Shown: one piece after another, positions 13,301 to 20,964 of the stretch
Layout of the letters: each line of letters begins with the position of its first letter
Position numbering within the stretch: the stretch's first letter is position 1
Assembly: GCA_964479655.1 (NCBI GenBank)
Contig: CAYZMZ010000005.1
Location: 1 to 25,025, forward strand
Reading direction: 5' to 3'
Length of the DNA: 25,025 nucleotides
DNA from: an uncultured Planctomycetaceae bacterium
GTDB lineage: Bacteria; Planctomycetota; Planctomycetia; Pirellulales; Thermoguttaceae
The notes under the pieces: model-generated
The model's database searches: none
Told to the model about the DNA's origin: nothing
The model's input: only the letters and a program-made list of their open reading frames with translations
Made by a program: the position numbers and the translations under genes

Positions 13301-15202
13301 TCCCTCCGCTCGAAAGACAAAACCAGCGACGGCTGCTGGCTGGAAATCCGACTGACTACCACCGGCTCGCCAATCACCATCCCAAAAAACTCTTATTCCC
13401 CCCGTACTTTCGTGGGCGAAGACCCGTCGATTCTCTCCTTTGAACAAGTATGGGCGGATAAAACCACGCCTATTCTCAACGACGATTTGGACGAAACAGT
13501 TTTGGAAAAATGGACGGAAAACGGGTGCGTGTACAAAAGGAGCTTTTTCACCTCTCGAATCGTCCCGGAAAACTGGGGCGCGCCCGGCGACGGCGGAACG
13601 ATTCGCCTCTACGCACTCTACGGCGCACCGGATACAAAGCAGCGCGTTCCCGGGATTCTGCATATTCATGGCGGAGGACAAACCGCTAATCCGGATTGGG
13701 TGAAGCAGTGGGCCCAAAGAGGGTACGCCGTCGTTTCTATCGACTGGGGCGGCTGCTGGACAGACAAACCGGAACGGAAATTCTACGCCCAATATCCCCC
13801 AACGCTGAAATACTGTAATCAGCAAACCGCCAATCACAATTCCGATCAGGGGCGAACGGAAACGAACTGCTGGTACGAATGGACTTATGCGTGCCGACGG
13901 GCTTTGACTTTTTTGACTGCGCAAGAACAAACCGATCCAAACCATCTGGGCGTTTTCGGAATCTCCATGGGAGGAACACTAACTTGGATGGCGGCCGCCG
14001 CCGACAAGCGGGTAACCGCCGCTGTCCCCATCTATGGTGCGGGCTTTGAATACCAGTACCGAAATTACAATCAGCCGGAAACGGGAACCGGCTCGCCTAA
14101 AGACCCGAATCTTTACCAACCGACCCTGACCGCCAAACGCTATCTCAGCGCAATCACCTGCGAAGCGGTCGCCAGTCGAATTTCCGCCCCGCTGCTGTTT
14201 CTCAACGCTACAAATGACCAGCATGGAAATATGGATTTTAGCTCTCTAACCCTCGCTGCTGTTCCGGTCGATACGGTTAGACGGGTTTCATACGCTCCGA
14301 ATTTTATTCATCATATCGCGAAAATTCAGGAAAACGATTTACCGATCTGGTTCGACGTTTTTCTTCGGCATAAACCGAATGGAATCCCTCAAGCCCCGAC
14401 GATTTCCCTTGCCTGTGCGCCGTCTGGTAAGCCGGAAGCAGTGCTCCGGATCGATTCAAAGACCCAGCACGTAAAAAACGTACGAATCTATTACGCGTTG
14501 GAAAATACCAATGCTTTCGCCCGAAATTGGGTTGAAATCCAAGCGGTTCGCTGCCCGTCCGCTTCCAACCCCGTCGCCGAGTATAACGAATATCGCGCCG
14601 AAATTGATGTGATGAATCTCGACAAGCCGCTTTTTGTATATGCGTCTGTTTTGTATGAAAATGGATTTCATCTTTCGACCTCGCCCGTGTTTGCAATCCC
14701 GGAAAAGCTCGGAGCCTCGACAGCCGGCGCCTCGCCCCGCTCGATTATCTACGACGCTTCGGAAGGTCTTAACGGCTGGGCAACCCAATCGATTGGAACA
14801 GACCCGATTGCTCCCGTTCCGCTGGCTCTCGAAACCGGTTCTAACGGGCGGGGCGTTGTCGCCGCGGGGAAACATTTCCATTTGATAACCTACCGTCTAA
14901 CCGACCCGCGTCTGACACCGAAAAGTCCGCAAGCTCGGCTTCGATTCACCTTCCAGGCGCAGACCGAATCGCCCGTAACGATTTACCTGCAAAGTCCAAC
15001 GTACGGAAAAAACCGGACGATTTATCAACACGAGGGGATAGTCAATCCGTCTGCCCCGACGATTGAGTTCGGACTTTCCAACTTAACGCCTTCCGACGGA
15101 GGTCCCCGCTTGGACAATTGGAGCGACTGCCCGATAATTCGCCTGTTCAACCCCTCACAAGCCGTCCTCCAAAGAATTGAACAGATCACATCAGATGAAT
15201 AA
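10355..15202 (+). CDS. Large secreted multidomain protein: putative glycoside-hydrolase-like barrel + beta-sandwich domains fused to an alpha/beta-hydrolase (esterase)
   Basis: Signal peptide. The N-terminal ~1000 aa contain barrel-like motifs (QIYLFTDVW, LLLTTHYLSG, HIEYDGLE) and a CBM-like segment (DLSNHRAVGMTITGDGTG...IDFTGKKYVEIP). The C-terminal ~600 aa contain ILHIHGGGQ, GVFGISMGG (nucleophile elbow), NATNDQHG and PNFIHH. ATG 10355 preferred to TTG 10343. Confidence 0.75.
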   Translation: MNTSRFISLLRIVCFVTIGIIVCLLLNVSQMTLAQNIQSELNRSADNSVSFRCQTFSVTFTVGEANITSVNTTATDSPLYKSSGGFFVETSQSKIPLVCLTGTSDSLVFASQDGSYRVEINVAAGEKYLAFRLISLHGFENRSDRVVLAFDLPYPRQGFSAWGLDYMTEVFNDHRTLVSWPAISCLKTQSANQAGVSDPLGAFALFRADNPDEADQIMLHIWGEQETRFPKTADGKWSYDQAKEWLDRWQKTFSDRSRGNISVDNFKAPGAIDALKKMVDRMKEADIRQIYLFTDVWREGFWQSKALNWGVNTDLFKNGEPDFQDFARYVRSKGLLLTTHYLSGTIGFHDPRYVENSADSRLAFWVEGTLRGELTENDSTAFQFRPDESFRPALIPESLSNDQPKSMGYYTNVPGFFHGNHFRIGGEIVTVKSIQKQPSGDWLVQIESRNRNAATERTHKNGTSVAGLFVPYGCAYVPDNASSMLDEIAREYANFVNRNQISHIEYDGLEIDCYELPGYRYGWNKFSALIYKHLDHPITTGGSAGVPAQASLEYRFNSTKRMITESIGDHNDGKASIVLESLARPATNLLDANFMLSQMAARVACNFSILKPEPMFGLTPDTLQQHGQTNQTIALLSQWKRCSALLSDSQRQTLRDSFNHNAANYPNPLRHWASDTVYVLTENPDAFTLTPTTVLTREKGDTLWTLAQEHGPVSPRQYVQKNQTVTLINKQSAQQPSIYLRVLPQTDPDSPENYRVQPTVEQLKFDYPNINPDEQTEYSQAGNALRLKTSNPTDKKRVNITHHASWTMPQRDLSNHRAVGMTITGDGTGAVLVFQCRGMDYIVPIDFTGKKYVEIPLPQAAWFTSDWSYRMDTKKPDFQNIGRFSLGFGTVPPKTQTEILVEDIRFLKQQNAELVNPEIRLDENSALRIQGTLRTGEQLVFDTSQSPANSVSVYDGNWNRLRTIPAEIVGSFLAPQNQPVCISLRSKDKTSDGCWLEIRLTTTGSPITIPKNSYSPRTFVGEDPSILSFEQVWADKTTPILNDDLDETVLEKWTENGCVYKRSFFTSRIVPENWGAPGDGGTIRLYALYGAPDTKQRVPGILHIHGGGQTANPDWVKQWAQRGYAVVSIDWGGCWTDKPERKFYAQYPPTLKYCNQQTANHNSDQGRTETNCWYEWTYACRRALTFLTAQEQTDPNHLGVFGISMGGTLTWMAAAADKRVTAAVPIYGAGFEYQYRNYNQPETGTGSPKDPNLYQPTLTAKRYLSAITCEAVASRISAPLLFLNATNDQHGNMDFSSLTLAAVPVDTVRRVSYAPNFIHHIAKIQENDLPIWFDVFLRHKPNGIPQAPTISLACAPSGKPEAVLRIDSKTQHVKNVRIYYALENTNAFARNWVEIQAVRCPSASNPVAEYNEYRAEIDVMNLDKPLFVYASVLYENGFHLSTSPVFAIPEKLGASTAGASPRSIIYDASEGLNGWATQSIGTDPIAPVPLALETGSNGRGVVAAGKHFHLITYRLTDPRLTPKSPQARLRFTFQAQTESPVTIYLQSPTYGKNRTIYQHEGIVNPSAPTIEFGLSNLTPSDGGPRLDNWSDCPIIRLFNPSQAVLQRIEQITSDE

Positions 15203-15339
15203 ATATCTCCCGCTGGACATATAAAACCCGCTGAACAAATTATTCCATATTTAATGGAGATAAAATAAGCCGTATTCCGCTCGCAAAAATGCCCTTGCTC
15301 GCGGGGAATGTATGGCAGGTCAGAAATCAATATGCAAGA

Positions 15340-16221
15340 CTATCGCAACGGGATACGCACCGTCGTTTCGTTCAATCGTTTCAGGTACGCTTCTACATTC
15401 GTTTCCCGCGTGCGCGTTTTTGACCATTTAGGAAACAAATAGGCGTCTATATCAGGCGTAAAGACCGCTTCTTTTTCTGTTAGTTTAAGCATGACAAATC
15501 CCATGTCCCCCCAATGTCCTACCGAGGGGAAACCAATGGTTTGTACTTGCTGCTCTACGCTGTTAACCCAGTTGTGATTATGACCGTATAAATAAGCACT
15601 CAAATGAGGGCATTCCCGAAGCACATCGGCCAATTCCGTTTCCTTTAAGGGATGATGACAACCAACAAAAACCGGCTTGTTGTATTTATCAAGCGTTTCT
15701 TTGAGCCATTGCTTTTGTCTCGGCTCGATTTGACCGCGAACCGCGCCTGGCATGTATGAATCCAGGACGATGAAATCGGCGTGCGGGGTTTTAACGATGT
15801 TAATATAACGCCCTTCGATAACAGACGGCTTTTCAAAACGTTCCGGGAAAAACTGACGAAAGTTCTTGATCCGGTCGTGATTTCCCATGGCTGCTTCCCA
15901 ACGAATCCCCGCCTGTTCAACCGGCTTTATCAGTTGGCGAAATAGCTCGTATTCTTCTGGTTTCCCTTCCAGGTACGCAATGTCGCCGTAGATTATCAAA
16001 TTAGCGGGACGCGGATTCATCGCCAGAATTTTCTGGACTGATTGATTGAATCGAACAACATGCTGCGTCGTTTCTGGTCCATGCAAATGAGTATCAGAAA
16101 AAATCGCCACCAAATCTTCCGATAGCGGTACCGATTGTTCGGCAAATAACTGCAAACAATTTGATGAAAATGCCGTACAAGTTGCGGTTGCAAACAGGCG
16201 TAAAAAATCGCGTCGATTCAT
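15340..16221 (-). CDS. Tat-exported calcineurin-like metallophosphoesterase
   Basis: MNRRDFL twin-arginine signal with GGAG RBS at ATG 16221; motifs FSDTH, YGDIA, MGNHD, CHHP, YGHNH. Confidence 0.9.
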   Translation of the reverse strand: MNRRDFLRLFATATCTAFSSNCLQLFAEQSVPLSEDLVAIFSDTHLHGPETTQHVVRFNQSVQKILAMNPRPANLIIYGDIAYLEGKPEEYELFRQLIKPVEQAGIRWEAAMGNHDRIKNFRQFFPERFEKPSVIEGRYINIVKTPHADFIVLDSYMPGAVRGQIEPRQKQWLKETLDKYNKPVFVGCHHPLKETELADVLRECPHLSAYLYGHNHNWVNSVEQQVQTIGFPSVGHWGDMGFVMLKLTEKEAVFTPDIDAYLFPKWSKTRTRETNVEAYLKRLNETTVRIPLR

Positions 16222-16248
16222 AATATTAGCTCCTGCAAAAATATAAAA

Positions 16249-16403
16249 TATACTCTGATTCCGCTTGAAATTCACCGGCTTATATTGCTATCATAAATCA
16301 GTCGTTTCATTTCACCTTAATCGATAAAACCAAGGGTTGTTTTATTCGGTTCGGGCGGGAATCAAATCGACATCAAGAGATAAATTCAAGTAATCATAGT
16401 ATA
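16249..16403 (+). repeat. Dispersed element, copy 8
   Basis: TATACTCTGATTCCGCTTGAAATT...GTCGTTTCATTTCACC...ATAAAACCAAGGGTTGTTTTAT...AATTCAAGTAATCATAGTATA. Confidence 0.9.
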
Positions 16404-16424
16404 AAACGGTGCCGCTCGGAAAAA

Positions 16425-19223
16425 TCAATTAGCTTTAGTATAAAAGGCGTCGAATTGAGTTACCGGTTTATCGATTTCCAGACGAATCGCCTTGCCCGTT
16501 GCGGTCGGGAATCGTTTGCTGAATATCAAACCATAAACCGAACTGCGGTAGATTTCTCGCCAATTGCCGTTTTCGTCCTGAGCCGATAATACGAACGGAA
16601 TCCCTTCACCGCGCCGATGCGTTGGATTCTCTATCGTAAACTCTACCCGGTCAAATGATTGAACGCCGGAAAAGGCAATCTCTTTTTCGGAAACCACGGT
16701 TTTGGGAATCGCCTCGCTAAACGCTTCTTTCAGATCCGCTTGCGCGTCGATTTGACCAAACTGGTCTTTATTCTGAATTATCCATTCACCTATTAACGGA
16801 TGTTCAGACCGAATCTGCTCGTCAGAACCGCTTGCCAGGCCGTCAAGCATGGGGGGCAAACCAAAGCGGGAGTTTTTGTCGCTTTTCGCAATGGTCAAAA
16901 GCGTTTGGATTCGTGATTCCGCGGTCGCGCAATCGATCACGTCAGCCGTTCGCTGGGAAGGAGAAACGACCAGCGACGCGACTTTACCGTTTCGGTAAAC
17001 GCATTCGACGGTCGTATTATCCGGGGCACAAAGTTTGAATGAAACGTCCCAATCTTCCGGCCAAGCGGGAAGCAGATAAATTTTCTTCCCTTCGCACAAC
17101 AAAAGCATGCTTTGAAGTCCGGACACCGAGTTTGCACCGTGGTCATTATCCGGCGTTCCGTCCATTTTGCACTCCCAAAATGCGGGAAAGCGGGGGCGTG
17201 GACGATTCGGAAACGGCGCGTTAGGATCGACGTTGTCGTTCCAGTTGATAAATTGATCGTTGAAATTAATCGAAACAAGCCGCGCGGCCTCGCGTGCCAA
17301 CCCCAAATACGCCGCCTGAACGGGGGCCGACTGCCAGCCGCCGGTTTCAACCGGTTGAGCATCGATGGTTCCATCGAGACTGATGTTGCGCACATGAAAC
17401 GACTGCCGGGCATCGGCGAGCTGCTTCGGCGTAATCCCCTCCGCCCCCAGCCAAACCTGACGGAACGGATAAACCGAGTATAGCTCCGGCGTTTCGCAGT
17501 CCGTTCGCCCGGGAGCATACGTATCGCCCACCGCTAACAAATCGATTCCGCGAATCCGCCGCGTCGGCACGTCTGGAATTTCACCGTGCAATTTCGTCCA
17601 GGATTCTCTTTGTTCATTACTAATCGGGTACGTCAGCAATTTGGCTGTAAGACGTTTCAAACAGCCCAGTTCCGTGCATGGGTTATCCACCGGCTGATAG
17701 GTTTCGGCACAACCAACGTTGTTCATCCTCATTTTTCCCCGTTCATCCCGGTCAGGAAATCGATTTTGATAGTACAAAATTCCCGCCTCGGCACACGGAA
17801 GTAAAACCTCGCTAAGGAACCGTTCGTCCTGCGTATATTCATAGTAATCGCACATAATCAGCGGCAGTTCGATAGTAGCCAACTGATGAAAACGCAAATG
17901 CGGGGGCATGCTTTCCCAGTTGAAAACGCCGACGTTATTCATCCAGCTCGCTTCCATGATAAACGCGCCGTCAAAACCGAATATTTTACGGCACCGGTCT
18001 TTGCACGTTTCCAATCCCTGACGCACAAACTCCATACCAGGTCGAAGCGTATCGAAATCGCCGCGTGCCGCCATCGACCAGTACGGATGCCGCGTATTTT
18101 GCCACATGAACGTAAGTGTCGCCCAATCACGTTGATCGGGCGAAATTGCCTGCCCCAAAATACGGTCGAACGCCAGCACTCCGGCAGGCATATCGACCGT
18201 AAAACTGGAACCGTTATATTGAGGCGGAATCGGACCGCGCGACGCCGCCGCCTCACAATAACGTTCCAGTGCGTATCGCTGCGAAATTTGAAATGCGTTC
18301 AGCCGCGCGTCGAGGGTTTTATGCCCCTCATACGCCTTCGATCCCTGCGCGACTTGCGTAAATCGGCATTGATCCAAATGCACGTCGGAATCTCCGCACC
18401 GGGTAACATAAATCCAGCTCCGATTCCAGAAATTTTTCCAATAATCGCAATGCGCCTGCCAGTCGGATTCGACAGGTAATAACGCCTCCTCAACCCATTT
18501 TTCGCCCGATTCCGGCTGACTGGTATGAACGAGAATCGAAAAATCAAAATCCGTCTCCGGCTGCTTGCTTTGAAGTTCCGTCCCGCTATTTTTTTGTAAA
18601 CTCTTTCCCGAAACCACGCACCCGGAAGTACGCCCCAGAATCGGATCTTTCACCGTCTTGACAAATTCCGGCGTGTTCTGCGACGCAAAATTTCTCGCCC
18701 AGTCCGACGTTTCGTTCCGATAGTACCAAACCAGTTTCCCCGGCTGTTCGACAAGTTGCGGATTTCGAAGAAATTCTGCCGAAACGTGCATTATTCGCGG
18801 AGTTTGACTTGTTCCTGTAACGCGAATAATCGGCGAATTAGCATCGATCCAAATGCGTAAGAAAACATCCTGCGCCCGAACTTCAACCGAACATTGAGAT
18901 AAATTCAACGTTTGGGAAAATTTTGTACCCGTTTCCAACGGCGGCTCCAGGCGGACACGAATTCGTCCCAGTTTGGGAATTTTATGCTGACCATCAATCG
19001 CATCCGACTTGCTGATATAAAAAAGCAAATCGCCGTTTGACTCAGTCCAAACGTTTGCGCAAACGTCCCCATTTCCCAACGGCATCGAATCAAACGATGA
19101 CTTTCCCGGAGTATTCCAAACGACGTTGCAATCGTCCAGACCCGTTGTCGTCGGAACCTCCGCAGAGTCCGCCAGAGTAAGAACACACGATAAAACGACT
19201 GTTAAAAATGAAAATGTCTTCAT
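16425..19223 (-). CDS. Secreted DUF5703 / GH95-like (alpha/alpha)6 glycoside hydrolase
   Basis: Signal peptide; SMPLGNGDVCANVW...LLFYISKSDA N-terminus; FMWQNTRHPYW; ETPELYSVYPF; RFPAFW...PDNDHG...LQSMLL...IYLLPAWPEDWDVSFKL C-terminus, as I recall for GH95-like DUF5703 proteins. Confidence 0.75.
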   Translation of the reverse strand: MKTFSFLTVVLSCVLTLADSAEVPTTTGLDDCNVVWNTPGKSSFDSMPLGNGDVCANVWTESNGDLLFYISKSDAIDGQHKIPKLGRIRVRLEPPLETGTKFSQTLNLSQCSVEVRAQDVFLRIWIDANSPIIRVTGTSQTPRIMHVSAEFLRNPQLVEQPGKLVWYYRNETSDWARNFASQNTPEFVKTVKDPILGRTSGCVVSGKSLQKNSGTELQSKQPETDFDFSILVHTSQPESGEKWVEEALLPVESDWQAHCDYWKNFWNRSWIYVTRCGDSDVHLDQCRFTQVAQGSKAYEGHKTLDARLNAFQISQRYALERYCEAAASRGPIPPQYNGSSFTVDMPAGVLAFDRILGQAISPDQRDWATLTFMWQNTRHPYWSMAARGDFDTLRPGMEFVRQGLETCKDRCRKIFGFDGAFIMEASWMNNVGVFNWESMPPHLRFHQLATIELPLIMCDYYEYTQDERFLSEVLLPCAEAGILYYQNRFPDRDERGKMRMNNVGCAETYQPVDNPCTELGCLKRLTAKLLTYPISNEQRESWTKLHGEIPDVPTRRIRGIDLLAVGDTYAPGRTDCETPELYSVYPFRQVWLGAEGITPKQLADARQSFHVRNISLDGTIDAQPVETGGWQSAPVQAAYLGLAREAARLVSINFNDQFINWNDNVDPNAPFPNRPRPRFPAFWECKMDGTPDNDHGANSVSGLQSMLLLCEGKKIYLLPAWPEDWDVSFKLCAPDNTTVECVYRNGKVASLVVSPSQRTADVIDCATAESRIQTLLTIAKSDKNSRFGLPPMLDGLASGSDEQIRSEHPLIGEWIIQNKDQFGQIDAQADLKEAFSEAIPKTVVSEKEIAFSGVQSFDRVEFTIENPTHRRGEGIPFVLSAQDENGNWREIYRSSVYGLIFSKRFPTATGKAIRLEIDKPVTQFDAFYTKAN

Positions 19224-19307
19224 AAATTGTTTTTAGAAAAAATTATGGTGGGTTAAGTCGATTTTTTTGCAGGTATCCCTTGGCGGGGTATCGCGTCAAA
19301 ATCGGGT

Positions 19308-19452
19308 TATACTATGACTTCGTGATTTTTCCTCTTAACGTCGTTTTGATTTCGCCTTAATCGATAAAACAAAGGACTGTTTGATGGGGGCGAAATGAAA
19401 CGACTGCGGTTTTGTTGTGCAAACCGGAAAAAACTCAAGCGGAACCAGTATA
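19308..19452 (-). repeat. Dispersed element, copy 9 (core inverted; overlaps the GNAT stop codon)
   Basis: TATACTATGACTTCGTGATTTTTCC...GTCGTTTTGATTTCGCC...GGCGAAATGAAACGAC...GGAAAAAACTCAAGCGGAACCAGTATA. Confidence 0.93.
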
Positions 19453-19988
19453 TGATTTCCGCACGAGTAAAAAGCATTTGTTGTCCAACAACTCTTTTTC
19501 GTCCCAGGAATATTCGACCATTTTTAATGTGCCCTCGTATTGGAATCCGTTTTTTCGCAATACAGATTCCGAGCGCGCGTTTGCCGGGAACGTATAAGCG
19601 GAAATCGCGTTCAGGTTGAGCGTTTGAAATCCATACTGACAAACGGCTCTAACGGCTTCGGTCATAATCCCGTTTCCCCAGTAAGGAAATCCCAAGGCGT
19701 AGCCAAGCATAAGAACGGAAGGATTTTCGCTCCGTTTAGGATCGGTAATTATCCCAACAGACCCAATAACCGTCGGACTGCTCTTTCTCACAATTCCCCA
19801 TATATTATCCTTGTCCAGAAACACGTCCTTTAAGATTTGGCGCGTCTGTTCGAGAGATTGATGCGGCATCCATCCGGCATTTGGACCTACGTTGGGATTC
19901 CGCGAATACTCAAAATATCAGCGGCGTCATCTGGAGAGATCGCACGTAATATTAATCTATCAGTGAACAGTGTTTCTGTACTTTTCAT
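19435..19988 (-). pseudogene. RimJ/RimL-type GNAT N-acetyltransferase, split by a 1-nt frameshift
   Basis: MKSTETLFTDRLILRAISPDDAADI (from 19988) continues in a shifted frame as FEYSRNPNVGPNAGWMPHQ...LGYALGFPYWGNGIMTEAV...NARSESVLRKNGFQYEG. The break is at the AAAA run 19912-19915. Confidence 0.8.
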
Positions 19989-20133
19989 CGGAATTTGCTA
20001 TTTTGCCCGTGAGCAAAACGTCTTGTTTGTTTTCTCAAGGACTTTCTTCTGCGTATCCTGAGTTTTGTGTCATGGATTCTCAATTACGTTTAGCCGTTAA
20101 TTGAGACTTTCGATCCTGTCGTTGCGGATTGGA

Positions 20134-20155
20134 TATACCCATTCCACTTGAATTT
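20134..20155 (+). repeat. Dispersed element, isolated left end of split copy 10
   Basis: TATACCCATTCCACTTGAATTT matches the left terminus TATACTGGTTCCACTTGA(A/G)TTT. Confidence 0.5.
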
Positions 20156-20343
20156 ATCGCAAAAGAACCAAAAACTTTTGAACGATAGAGAAGATTATAA
20201 GACTTGTTCTGGAAAAAGTCAAGGACGCAAAAGGAAAAATTATCGGATACCTCAAAATTATTTCGACGAATAAAAAAGCACACCGCTCAGGAAGCGGGAA
20301 AACAGATAGCAACAGAGGAAACGCCGTTTTTCTGATTGGAACC

Positions 20344-20437
20344 CATTTCGCCCCAGTCAATAAAACAAAGAGCTGTTTGATTCTGGTCAGGCAGGAATCA
20401 AAACGGCGTCAAGAAGAAAAAATCAAGTAGTCATAAC
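20344..20437 (+). repeat. Dispersed element, right two-thirds of split copy 10
   Basis: CATTTCGCCCCAGTCAATAAAACAAAGAGCTGTTTGATTCTGG...AATCAAAACGGCGTCAAGAAGAAAAAATCAAGTAGTCATA. Confidence 0.85.
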
Positions 20438-20529
20438 AAGGCTTCCCTCGTTTCCCAAGCCGGAGAGGGTTGATCGTATCTTGAAATCAACGGACGGGAC
20501 AAAACATGCCGGTCGATTATCCGGCGGTT

Positions 20530-20961
20530 TTATTTTTCATAGACGGCAAAGCGAACGTCCCAAACTCCGCTTTGCGCGCAGGCAATAAGAATCGGTTCGA
20601 TAATCTGATAGGGCGTTGTCTGAGAGGCGCGTATATGAATCTCTATTTGTTTATGACTTTTATGTTCATAAGTAAGTTTCTGTTTAAGTGTCTTTATATC
20701 CGTTTTCTCACCGGCCAGTAAAATGGAATACTGTCCGGTCGGCGATTCAGGCTCCAGAACGTTGATTATTATCTTCGTCGTCCGGCTTGCCTCGACCGCT
20801 TCCTGACCGCTGGAAGCGGTGGGTAAATCCAGCTCAAACTGACTTTGCGACTGCGCCAGATGGCTGGAAACCAAAAAGAAGATAATCAACTGAAACACGA
20901 TGTCTATCATCGGAGTCATATTAAACGCAACGGCAGATCGGCGCGGAGTTGGAATTCGCAT
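20530..20961 (-). CDS. exbD: Biopolymer transport protein ExbD/TolR family
   Basis: FNMTPMIDIVFQLIIFFLV transmembrane motif, LDLPTASS, and C-terminal IHIRASQTTPYQIIEPILIACAQSG. Confidence 0.9.
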   Translation of the reverse strand: MRIPTPRRSAVAFNMTPMIDIVFQLIIFFLVSSHLAQSQSQFELDLPTASSGQEAVEASRTTKIIINVLEPESPTGQYSILLAGEKTDIKTLKQKLTYEHKSHKQIEIHIRASQTTPYQIIEPILIACAQSGVWDVRFAVYEK

Positions 20962-20964
20962 GCG

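Noticed and set aside
13007-13945. 312-aa antisense ORF and the other long antisense or overlapping ORFs (e.g. 2611-3144, 5740-6324, 16937-17518, 17886-18479)
   Set aside because: They lie within well-supported genes in another frame or on the other strand and show no recognisable motifs; they are shadow ORFs.
16222-16275. Longer N-terminus of the phosphoesterase
   Set aside because: The upstream start lies inside repeat copy 8; ATG 16221 has a GGAG RBS and puts the RR motif at the N-terminus.
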